From Octopus vulgaris (Eukaryota), in the NCBI GenBank assembly GCA_951406725.2, contig OX597816.1, positions 92,380,001 through 92,444,000 of the forward strand: a stretch of DNA of 64,000 nt, given 5' to 3'. Numbering within the stretch: the stretch's first letter is position 1; each line of letters starts with the position of its first letter. A program made the translations under genes and the position numbers. A model generated the notes under the pieces. The model saw only the letters and a list, made by a program, of their open reading frames with translations, made no database searches and had not been told where the DNA came from. Of the stretch, positions 1 to 11,855 are shown one piece after another.

Positions 1-1089
1 ATATGGTAGTGAAGCAGACTGTTGGTCAAATGTGTTTTACCGATAGTCATTCCGTCTTTTCATCGAACAAAATATCTAGAACTATATTGTCTTCTTATTA
101 TTAATGTCGTAGAATATAAATTTAGAGGGCTCTGGCCTTCATTTTGTGCTATATGTAGAGATTCTTCATTGGTTTAATAAAACATCCCTCTGTAAAAATA
201 GTGCACATTTGGTCGATCTCGAAATCATAAATTTAAGTTTATTCTCCTGAGATTTATATCTTACACAGTTGAAGAACAACTTATCAATAGAAATAAATGA
301 GTTTAGTCCACATTTCTATAATCTCTAGGAGCTCACCTTTATGTTAAATTATATTCAACTCAATCAATTTCATTGACATATAATTAAAAAATGAGAATTA
401 ATTTTAAAATTTTATCAAAAAATATTGATACGTATAAATTATGAAGCAAATCATGTAAGAGTTATCAATTTTTTCGTTATATCAAGGACACTAGCTACGA
501 TTACGCCAGTGATAAGTATAATGATAAAGCTGATACACTTGAACCTGCAAACTAATACGTGCAAATGATTTATTGTCATTCGTGCGCTGTACAAGCAAGG
601 TCAAGATCTCTTTACAGTCCCATATCGAGAACGTCGTATTTTGTTTTCAGTGTATCAAAACGGTATAATCTATCCAGACCCCATAATTCAACTCCATCAT
701 AACTGCTCATCCTGAACAAAACAATCCACTGTTGTTTCTGTATAGAATCGGTGTCAAAAGCAGAATCTTTCTAGCAGATATTATCATAAAATAAGTTTCA
801 TACAGAAGCAGGAACAGAAACGAAATATCAATATATACAATATCATATTCTTAAAACTAACCTGCAAAGAAAACGTAGGAGCAAGTAAAGCTCCAACCTA
901 CTTTGCCCAAATAAGGTCACACCTCTCGCAACCACCTCAAAGCTTTTAAATAACAACAATTTCTAGTTATAACGATAAAAAAGGTTCAACAGTATAAGAA
1001 TGACAAACTTTGAAAGGCTAAGCACAACGGATAACAGAATACACTACAGTGTAAAGAAAATATGTACTTTTGATGGAAAATGGTTAAAC

Positions 1090-1404
1090 CAGTGTTTCTC
1101 GATTGGGGTCCATATGAGATTTTGGGGTGTCCACGGGGGAAAATAGTAAATTTGGTATACACAGTAATATGTATAGAGACCATAAAAACTTTGCTTTAGA
1201 TGTATTGCAAGAAACAGCTATGTTTCTTTCTCCAATGTCAAACAGAGTCCAACTTTCACAGGTGCGTGTATGAAAAATATATAGGAATTTTGAAAGTAGC
1301 ATCTATAAAGCTATTTTTAATATTGAATGGCCATGGGGGTTCACCAGAATAAAATAGTAATCAAAGGGACCCATAGACAAAAAAATATTCGTTGGGAATC
1401 ATTG
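1090..1404. mobile_element. hAT (Charlie-like) non-autonomous element / MITE, degraded
   Basis: Ends CAGTGTTTCTC... and ...GGGAATCATTG are imperfect TIRs of the CAGTG type; internal GGGGTCC motifs; 8-bp flanks GGTTAAAC (1082-1089) and AGTTACAC (1405-1412) match 6/8, as expected for an old 8-bp hAT TSD. Confidence 0.55.
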
Positions 1405-3789
1405 AGTTACACAATGCAGTTATATGCAAACCGGAAAGTTCGATCTGAAGAGAATAACACTATCTTCTTCAAATATATATGGAAAATAAAAGACCCTTGA
1501 TTATGTCAATAGCAACATGTCAAAACTCGAATAGAGTAAGCTCTACATAACTATAGCAAATTAATGCCAACTTTCAGGGCATAGAGATATATATTTTGAA
1601 TAATTAGTATTATATTTAAAATGCAGGAACGAAATAATGCCCAGATTTCGTGCATTTATTGCATGGACAAGTATGATTTCACGAGAATCAGTTTTATAGC
1701 GTTAATTTAAATCATATGATTTATAATTTGTCCTCTACTATCTCATATCTTCCAAAAATATGACTTGGCGCTCTCCTCAGGTATATGTTAATTATACAGG
1801 TTATATATTAAAACTTTGTAACCAGTATACTTCAGGAGAGGACGATGATATGAATATTTAGTTGCATGAGATTAAAATTCGTGTCAATGTAAAGAAAACA
1901 AAAATATCACAAGTTGATAAGGCTATGTTAAAACATCATAGCAATTTACTGTTAGTCATTCATGAAGTTGTATTCTAGTTGTATTCTAGTTTTCCTTTCA
2001 GTCAGCTAGTCTTAAAATGGCTATCAGTTTTATAGATGTAATTTAATAAAACTACAATAGGTTGTAATCAGTTAATTATTTCAGTTAATTATTTAGATGT
2101 AAAACATGACGGAAGAGATTAAATATGGCTGGAACATAGGCGGTAAAATTTCTTAAGTGTTTTTAGTTACAGCATAGTCGAAGGGTTTACTGAAAAATAT
2201 GTCATCGAAAATTGAGGGCTAGAGACCATTGATAAATATTCTACGTCTAAAATCTCTATGCTGATGATCGCAAACAAATTGCTGAAGATGAAGATAGTAG
2301 TCACTTATCAGAATTTATTCCTCATTTTTGAGGTAACAAAACCGAGGGTCTGTATTCATGCTGGAATGTGAGAAAAACTAGCCGTATGTGTGCAAAAAAA
2401 ACTGTCTGGAAATGTATACTGCTGGAATAGTCATCTTGATTGTAGAGTAACAAGTAAGTGATCCTTTCGGCATGGGGCAAAAGCACAGCTGCAAATCTAG
2501 AAGGTGAGAGATATTGTGTATCATACGGTAAGTGGTAACAATTTTCATAATCCTTTTACATATGTTAGTGAAAGCACCAGTGATTTTTACTTTTGAGTGT
2601 CAAGGCAACTGTTAATGTCAAGGCAACTGTTAATGAACAGTTTAAAGGTTGTTACTTGGCATTTTCGGTTTTGAATGATATGACAGGACATAAATATTTT
2701 AATTCACCAATAAACAGCTTCTAATGAAGCACATTTGATGACAGGACCGCAACTAGTTAGTTGATTTAAAGCATAAAACATTTGACGTAAAGTTATTAAA
2801 CATTTATTGTGATCCTTCGTTTCCTTGCAGAGAATTCCGCGTTTATAAGAATTCTATAATATTTTATTGTCAATAAAGAAAGCTGTTGTTATCAATAAAA
2901 TAATTCGTGAACAATTTGAACGAAAGACTGAAGTAGGTCGAAAAAGAAAGGAATCTGAAACAATTGAAGGCAAATAGCTGTACGATCTAGATACATTATA
3001 GAAAATTGCAGGAATAGGTAGATACCAATTTTTTTAAAAGTATGTATCATTGAAACAATACAAGATGGTGGGGAGGAGAAATCATAATATTTGTTTGCAG
3101 ACAGTCATATTATTGTTTTGTTAGAGCTCATAAAATTATCATTTTAATAGACAGTCTTCGCTATAAAAGAAACTGAATGTTTCCATTCAGACTCATGAAA
3201 CCGATTCTACTATCGGTGAGAATGAAGTATTGAATAGAGAAATAATGCGAAAGTAGAACAAAAGTACTGAGAGTAAAGGGTATCAGCACAAATAAAGCGT
3301 CAGATATCACGGCTGTTTTCGTGCTGTGCATCAACGAAAGTCAGTAGCATTTGTGAAGAGGGCTTGCTCATATTCTTTGATCTTAGAAGATACGAACAAT
3401 TTCTGAAATACATCGATGCTCAATGTGGATGAAAATCGATTTAATTAAGTTTATAGGTGTATAGCATCAATTCTGGAGGACATGCAGTTATGTCATGGTA
3501 GCTGACTTGATGTAATATGGCTGGCAAGCTGTTAGTGGACGAAACTCAATTTCTAAAATTAGTTCTCACATTTTTGGGAAACGCAATAATCTTAGAACTT
3601 GACGGATGTTAATGTTATTAAACCAGATACATAAAAGTCAAAGTCAACTCAGGCAATATTTGAACGTAGAACTTAAAGAAACTTAATTCAATATTGCAAA
3701 GTATTCTTTTACAAGGTTCAGGGGATTCTGTCAGTGTTAAAATTAAAAGAAATAAGGTTAAAGCTCCCCATTAACTGAATCATATAACC

Positions 3790-3965
3790 TCATAAAACCA
3801 GGTGCCTGTGGCGTATATATTCACGCTTATCCGTCGTAGGAATACACATTTTTGCTAGCTGTGTGGACTAGAACAATGTGAATTGAAGTGTTTTGCTCGC
3901 TTCAGAAATCGAAACCACTATCTTACGATCATGGGTCCAACACTCTAACCAATAAGCCATACGTT
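3790..3965 (-). mobile_element. degraded tRNA-derived SINE
   Basis: Minus strand reads GCGTATGGCTTATTGGTTAGAGTGTTGG...GGTTTCGATTTC (A-box/B-box-like), then GAGCAAAACACTT...; related to the plus-strand copy at ~30085-30200. Confidence 0.5.
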
Positions 3966-5461
3966 TCCACTTAATTGAGAATGGTTGTAGGTATAGAAAC
4001 ATTCCTAAATGACAGACATTTAATCCATTTGCTTCATATGAGTAAAACGTTCACCGATAATGAATGAAAAATTTAGCAATAGATATTTGAAAAATCCACT
4101 CAGTAATTATTGGATTGATGGATTATGTGAAATATGAAAATAATTACTAATTGATCATATACAGAAGGAAATCAATCAACACCTTAAGAAGAATTGTTAA
4201 AATTTCGGTTCACACCATATAAGTATGAAATTTATATATATCATCTAGTTGTAACACACATTGTCACAAACTTGCACGGACACGAATTTTTATCTCATAC
4301 AGCTAAATATTTATATCATTGTGCATTTTATATAAACGGTACACCGAATACCTAGGTGTTTTATAAACCATCGTTCAATATTTATTTCTTATATTTATTA
4401 ATTGTAAACAGAATCCATTGAATTATCTGGACAATGAATTTAAAGATGTAAATTAATTGAAACAAAAGTATACTGCAGTTATGTGCCGTGACAGGAATAT
4501 TTAAAAGCGATATTGATAATGCAGGCATCGCTGAAAACCTGGCAATATTTAGAAAGAGAATTAAGAAATAATGACGAAAGCGTCTTCAATATAATTTTTA
4601 ATTAAGTCTAAGATTTTCAAATAGAATTATATAAAATGCTATTTACGCCAAGTTGTTTCATTATAATAGAGTAATGATTCGAATAATCTAATTGTTTGAT
4701 CCTGTAATGGAAGAAAAGAGACAAGTATGTTCACTTAATTTTATTAATATAGAAAATAATTATAGCACATTCAAATTTGAATATTGTTTTTCATTCAGTT
4801 ACATTTCTTTAGAACTAAGAGATATTTGTTATCAATACATCTTTGTATTATACGTTGAGTTTTTGAGATGCAAATATAATCAGAGCGGCAATAATTTTCT
4901 TAGAGATTAGAAATTCTTTGGTTCTAATATTCAGTTTGTCTTGAATTGAATTCTTAATATTTTTAGGAAATTGCTGGATTATTTTCAGTACTAGTTTCAA
5001 ATCGAGTTTCCGAAACATCATTAAGAATTGAAAAATAGAAATAAGATTTAAACTTTTCTAGTAAACTTTAAAACTATGAAATCCAAAATGTTTCCATGAT
5101 TTTTTTTTTCTTTTTAAATTAAGAGAACCTACGAAAACTTCTCAAAACCTCAATAGGAATTACGTTCGCAACAACGTAATGATCTGGAATGCATCTAATG
5201 TAATGTTAGAGAAAATATAGAGAACTAAATAAGTTATATAATTGAAAGTTTTTCTCATAGTGGCGGCATTAACTTTATAAGCCGTTATTTTTACGACCTT
5301 AATTTATTTTAGCGAGCGCTAAGAAGGACAAGTAAGAACTCACTAATGCCAATTTCCAAGGATTCCGCGTTTCAATCATCTTAAAAAAATAATTTTTAAA
5401 AGGCATAAGCCTCATGTACATTTTGTTTAAACTTAATCCAAGAAAATATCAATACAGACTA

Positions 5462-5682
5462 CAGTAAACCCTCGCAATATCGCGGTTCACCTATCACGGT
5501 TTATTATTTAACCTTACGTCGATTCCTCTGGTGTTGTTTTGCATTTATAATAAAATAAATATATACAACCGATAAAAATAATAAAAAAACATATACAGTA
5601 CAGTACTGTTTCTACATCGCGCATTTTCACATATCACGGGGCTTTTTGGAAATTAACACCCGTAATAGTTGAGGGATTACTG
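5462..5682. mobile_element. Tigger/pogo-like (Tc1/mariner superfamily) MITE
   Basis: TIRs CAGTAAACCCTC... / ...GAGGGATTACTG flanked by TA on both sides (5460-5461, 5683-5684); ~220 bp; no coding capacity. Confidence 0.75.
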
Positions 5683-6360
5683 TACAATCAAAGAAATTTA
5701 TACATGTTGTTTAAACTCAAAACAATGAGACGCTGTATGCTATGATATTAAGCATGGAAATCTTGTTTCCTCTTCCCCTATCGCTTTCTCTGTCATCCAT
5801 TCTCTAATTCCTTTTTCCCCCTTCACCGTTTTCTTTCTCTCTCTCTTCCTCTTTCTCCTTTGCCCACTCTCTCTCATTGCTCACACATGACCATCGTTCA
5901 TCTTTCTTTTCATCACGTGATGATATTTCTTTTCCTTCACGCTTTCTTAGAGACTGCACGTATCCTATCCGTCTCTCCTATCTTTCATCTTGTCAAAGGG
6001 AATATCTCTCTAGCGTTCGCTATTTTACCTACGTCTGGTCTAACGACTCTTCATGCTTGTTTTCGTTCGGTTTCCTTGTATGTCACAACTGTCCTGTTTT
6101 TGTTACCAGCTTTGACCCTCCGCAAATCCCAAATTTTAATTTGGGTTTCGGGAGCAACTGCCTTTCGAAAACTCATATTGTTGTTGAATGCTCAAAATGA
6201 GGAGTAAATGGACTGCCGACAACTGATGAAGGGTCGTTCTTTATGTTACTTTTCCTGTTTTCCATTTGTTTCTCTCGTTGTTTATGTATTCAACTCTTTT
6301 GTTTTCGTATTTCATGTTTTTACTGTTTGTGAAATCCTGTACCCATATATGTATATATAT

Positions 6361-6563
6361 AACGGGAAGCTTTATGAAAATAAACAAAAGACGAAGGCAG
6401 GTGGAAAACAAACGAACAATTGTATTAGTATGGCGCTCAGGAAATATAAATAAAACAAGTCTTTAACGTTTCGAGCCTACGCTCTTCAACAGAAAGATAC
6501 ACAGAGAGAGAAAAACACAGAAAGAAGGAGAGAAAAAAAATGCGTGCAGTAGCTAACGAATCG
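6361..6563 (-). mobile_element. short PLE-terminal-repeat-like element, family B, copy 1
   Basis: Homologous to 28486-28618 and 46340-46530; flanked by (TA)n and (TATG)n microsatellites; contains a hammerhead-like fold. Confidence 0.65.
6460..6497 (-). ncRNA. minimal type I hammerhead-like motif, family B (CUGUUGA core variant)
   Basis: Minus strand: TCTTT-CTGTTGA-A-GAGC gtag GCTC-GAAA-CGTT-AAAGA; 5-bp stem I, 4-bp stem II, palindromic AACGTT in place of stem III. Position 6 is U instead of the consensus A. Confidence 0.55.
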
Positions 6564-8413
6564 TATGTATGTATGTATGTATGTATAATTATATAATTTG
6601 AGTATTGTTGTAAATGAATGTAGCCCAAGTAATCTATGATTATATTCCGCAAAGAACATATATTTCGACATTATGTTCCTATGTTATAAACCACACTAAA
6701 AAAAACAGAAGAAAATATTCTTATCTAATAATTTATCCAACATTTTGTGGTGTAAATTTAATCATTATATGATTTAAGCTGCTTTTATAGTCTGGCGGGG
6801 GATTATATAGCGTATATTATAAATTGCAGTCATTTGAATAATCTTCAAATTGCAGCAGATACACACACACACATACACACACGTACATGCACACGAAAAA
6901 ACACGCAGACTTGCATATGTGTGTGTGTGTATGTGTATGTGTGTGTATGTATGTGTGGTGTGTGTCTCTATGTGTGCATTTATATATATGTCTGAATGAG
7001 AAAGAACAGCTCTACATTAATTTTCTTGAGAGTGGATAAAGAACTGATAACCCCAGAGAAATAATGCTTTTGCAGTTGACGGAATTTCATACATATCAAA
7101 GAAAAAATAGAGATTCAACCATAAACTAAACATATATGATTACTTTGAGATTGCACACTAAAGCGAGAAATGAGTTATTAAGAAAAGAGATTAAGCGAAT
7201 GTTGAAATTTACTCTATGACATTTACAGTAAAGATTTTATGGCCTATCATTTGCATCGTGTTCGCATTTCCTGCACTTAATTTATAGAAATATCCATCAG
7301 AAGAAACCTTGGCAGCTAAAGTACAATGTTAACCGAAATTGATTCCATGCAGTCAGATATTACAGCTGCTCACTATCTTCAATTTATATCAGTTTATACT
7401 ATATACATCTATGAAATGAAACTAGAAAATGTAGTTAATAGTTTGCGTTTTAACAACGCCATAAGATGAATGGAAAATTAATGTATAGATATCGGAATCA
7501 ACTTTCGATTATTTCTCCTATATGAAATAGTTATTTCTTAAACAATTCTAATTTTTGCTTTCGCAGGAGATAGCTCAAAAATGAAAGCAAATATAACGGA
7601 AATAATATCGAAATGATTTAAAGGATAAAGTTAAGTTGGGAGTTGAGTCTGAGAACTATAGAAGAATAGCTCTCTGTTTTATACCATATACGTTCTGTAA
7701 CTGAAACGAGTGAACAAAGAAAATCAAGATTGATAATAAAATGAAGTATGGAAATATAAAGTTTTTAGCATTTGTATGTAGGTTCTTAAAGCAATACTCT
7801 TGCTATTAAAACCAGAGCTGCTCTGAGTGCTTTGTCTTCCAATCCACTCTACACAAACATTGTTTCTCTACCGCAATCTACTTCTCTAGCTTTCCAGGAG
7901 TAGAAATTTCTTCATTCACCTAAGTTCAACAAATCGACCTTTGCAGATGGTGTGCCAAGTATCAACTGTAAACATCTTATTTTCGAGCTGGTTAGCATTC
8001 TTACAAATAATTTAAAGTTTCACACTGTATCAGATATTTTTCATGATTTATATAAACACACCGAAGCACATCCTTCACTCTAGAAACATTGTACTTGACA
8101 CCAAATTCCTCCCTCTTACTCTCCAACGAGAACATATCATTAACAATTCTGAGCAGCTGTACAAATAATTCGTGAAGAAATATCTGAAAAACATCCTTAT
8201 GCTACACCCCAAAACAATTTATACTACATTTTGGAAATAACATTATATGAACCACAGTGTTCATTAACATCATGTGGTTAAGCCCAGTGGTGTCCATGGG
8301 TCTTACATTTCGTTTTTTATACACTGACGATATATAGTTCTATATTTAAGAGATAGGGAATTATGTACATTATTTATATTTGACGGATATTTGTCCTCAT
8401 CTTGTTTGTTGTT

Positions 8414-8459
8414 AACACAATGTTTCGGTTGATATACCTTCCAGCCTTCATCAGGTGTC
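8414..8459 (-). ncRNA. minimal type I hammerhead ribozyme motif, family A (slightly mutated)
   Basis: GACAC-CTGATGA-A-GGCTG...CAACC-GAAA-CATT-GTGTT on the minus strand; one stem II mismatch, and the AACGTT palindrome is mutated to AACATT. Confidence 0.6.
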
Positions 8460-8506
8460 TTGGGGAAATTTCGAACCTGGGTTCTCATTCCTAAGGTATT
8501 TTCTCT

Positions 8507-8702
<196 letters not shown>

Positions 8703-8770
8703 TCACTGCCTTGAATCGAACTCAGGATTAGTAGCCCGCGCTCTTAACCACTACGCCATATGCCCGCGGA

Positions 8771-8845
<75 letters not shown>

Positions 8846-8854
8846 GAAGAAGAA

Positions 8855-9660
8855 GACAAAGAAAAATCCCAGCAATGGTAGAGAAGCTCAGGAATCAAAG
8901 CAGAGACAGAGGGATTTTTAATTGCAGCACAAGACCAAAGCCTCCCCACCAGAAATTACCAAAAACATGTAATGAAAAGAAATATAACAAGTAACTGCAG
9001 AATATGTGGAGATGGACAAGAAACAATAAATCATATTATCTCTGGCTGCCCAGTCCTAGCTAAGAAGGAATATATTCACAGACATGACAGAGTTGGAACC
9101 TACATACACTGGAAGCTATGCCAACATTATGGAATAACAACAGAAAAAAGATGGTTTAGGCACACACCAGAAAAGGTCACAGAAAACGAAAAAGCAACCA
9201 TACTCTGGGATATGCCGATACACACAGATAGAGAAATTAAGGCCAACAGACCAGATATAGTTGTCAGAGATCATGAAGAAAAAAATGCTTTCTAATTGTT
9301 GTATCAATACCGGCAGATGACAACGTGTCTCTAAAAGAAATGGAGAAACTCTCAAAATACAAAGACCTGGAAATAGAGGTAACCAGAATGTGGAATCTAA
9401 AAACAGAAACAATTCCTATCATAGTAGGTGCATTAGGCATGATAAAAAATATTCAGACAAATACATAACAAAAACACCAGGACTTACAAACACATATAAC
9501 ATACAGAAAATTGCACTAGTAGGCACTGCACACATCCTACGCAGAACACTTTCCATACAATAACCATCAGAGCATCACAACAAATCACAGCACATACCTA
9601 AGACACACAGAGCTGCGCTCGGTAGTGAAGTGAAAGCACGCTATAAAAATAAAACTACTG
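8855..9660 (+). mobile_element. 5'-truncated R4/Dong-clade non-LTR retrotransposon (zinc knuckle + restriction-like endonuclease + 3' UTR), pseudogenised
   Basis: Translation ...GIKAETEGFLIAAQDQSLPTRNY...CRICGDGQETINHIISGC (CCHC), RHD motif, RPDIVVRD (PD-(D/E)xK), then after frameshifts KEMEKLSKYKDL...PIIVGALG...QKIALVGTAHILRRTL* (stop 9561-9563); in-frame stop at 8879; (AAT)n on both sides. Confidence 0.9.
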
Positions 9661-9670
9661 AATGATAATG

Positions 9671-9709
<39 letters not shown>

Positions 9710-9718
9710 GTAATAATA

Positions 9719-9762
<44 letters not shown>

Positions 9763-9781
9763 TATAATGATAATAATAATG

Positions 9782-9865
<84 letters not shown>

Positions 9866-9881
9866 GTAATAATAATAATAA
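9661..9881. repeat. (AAT)n microsatellite
   Basis: Direct reading. Confidence 0.95.
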
Positions 9882-10437
9882 ATGCCCTGATGCAGTACCA
9901 GGCAGTGGCTCTCATGGCTTCTGATCTTAATTGATTGGAAGTGTTATCATGTACATTGTTTTGTCTTGGTATAAAAGATGGGCTACAGCAAATATTCTGC
10001 TCAATACCACAGATTTGCTTGTCAGTTGTTTGACCATAACCAGTTGAGCATGTCCCTTAGTGGCTGACGATATGTGCATCTCTGATCACGAGCAGAAGTA
10101 GTGGGGGAGCATCATAGCCATGTGTTGAGAGGGATTCTTTGGGGTTTGAATAATTCACCTCTGGAAACATGGGTGGTTCTTTCAACATCCTTAAACAATC
10201 CTTATTCAAGGACCTTTTGAGCGGGATGGGCTACTCAACCTGAAGAAAATTCTAACTGGGCCCCACCTGCAAGGTCATGTGCTGTTTATCTTGATATGAG
10301 ATCACCATGTCGCGCACATATGGTTGTGATGCATGTGCCTGGTGTACCTTTATCAGACGGGTAGTCATGATGGGTATATTGGGCTTCGTATATTTTACCC
10401 CAATGTCACTTTGATGGCATGAACTGCTCTCTCACTC
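9882..10437 (+). mobile_element. ~550-bp non-coding (AAT)n-associated retroelement (probable 3' UTR or non-autonomous derivative of a Dong-type LINE), copy 1
   Basis: Near-identical to 61262-61783 (about 9 substitutions by eye); same 3' end ...CTCTCTCACTC(AAT)n, different 5' ends; both copies lie within (AAT)n. Confidence 0.75.
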
Positions 10438-10470
<33 letters not shown>

Positions 10471-11823
10471 TATTATTATTATAGCGAAAAATACCTTAGG
10501 AATGAGAACCCAGATTCGAAATTTCCCTAAGACACCTGATGAAAGCTGGAGGGTATATCGGCCAAAACTTGTTAACAAACAAGATGAGGACAAATATCCG
10601 TCAAATGCAAATAATGTAAATAACTGACGATATGTTTAACACGTAGCCATTAATTGTTCTAAAATATCAGCATTTTCCCCTTTGAACATTAAATGATTCA
10701 ACCTCTAACACCTCTATTCACTATACAATGTACATATTTACCCATATCATAACATGATACCTACCGCATACTAGTTCTGGTCTTCATCCAAAGAGAATGA
10801 TAAGTAAAAAAAGAAAACTATGTTAACCCATAACTTACTTGGCTTATCTGCTAGAGTTATTGTAATGATGTTTGCAGCTCCGAACTTGTGGTGTATACCA
10901 ACTCCATCGAAACCCACGTTTCTCCAACCTTCCCTCTGAGAAGCGCTATCTGTAGTTCCTGCACATAACAATTTATCAAAATCTTCTTAGTATTGCACCG
11001 TGATTAAACATAAACCTTCCCAGGCTCTTCCTTTCTTTCTTTTTCCTTCCTTCTTCGCTTTCTTCCTTCTTTTCTTTCTTTTTCTTTCTGTCTGTCTGTC
11101 TCTCCCACTCTCCCTCTTTCCCTCTATGTACGTGTTCCATTTAGCTATGTAAGAGTCAAAACTGGACATAAACTGATTTTTCAGCGATCAATTATCTGTA
11201 TTCTCCCGACTATATGATCGTCTTTCTAAAGCTAAAGCACTATAGACTTCTAATAGTATTGTCTATATGCTATCGTTTAAAATTTGAGAATGCTAATGTT
11301 CAAAAATAAGCTATTAATGCACATTCTCCTTATATCTTATCCTGTGTAACGGTTTATCCCTAAGAATTGCTGATTATAAATTTTAAGGTAAACAAATCCT
11401 TTATATACCGTCAAAACCTAGCTAGGCCATATTTCTAGATGCTACTAATTATTTTTAGGATACAATTATGTTTATATGTTAATGACGCACTGACCGAAAG
11501 ATGTCAATCTTTATAATAAAACGACTCCCTACCTAAAATGTGCTATCTGATAAGGTTGGTAAAAAAAGGTTTTGTTTATATAATGTTTCTTGTCATTATA
11601 TATTCATTAAAAATAGCTATGAATATTTAAAGTTTTGTTAAAGTCGTTTTCGTATAACAATTTCCAAAATTGTATCACATTCATACACCCGGACACACAT
11701 ACCACACATACACATGCACATGCACACACGTGCACACACACACAAATTCACATACACATCTATTCATAGTACTTTTATTCATACGTATCCTTGCGTATAC
11801 GTATATGTGTATATGTTTGTGTT

Positions 11824-11855
<32 letters not shown>

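Larger units (their letters stand above)
8770..10622 (+). mobile_element. second (inverted) family A copy, interrupted by nested insertions in its (AAT)n tract
   Basis: Starts GACCTG(AAT)n at 8770; tail at 10485-10622 (hammerhead core CTGATGA at 10536, GAAA mutated to AAAA). ACTGACGATAT is duplicated at 8323-8333 and 10623-10633 around both copies. Confidence 0.75.

Noticed and set aside
1968-2636. Short tandem duplications (TTGTATTCTAG x2, TCAGTTAATTATT x2, GTCAAGGCAACTGTTAAT x2)
   Set aside because: Ordinary slippage duplications.
8303-8488. Recurrent short ORF MRTQVRNFPKTPDEGW... (also at 41161 and 41476)
   Set aside because: Incidental translation of the family A tail; conservation is explained by repeat homology and RNA structure.
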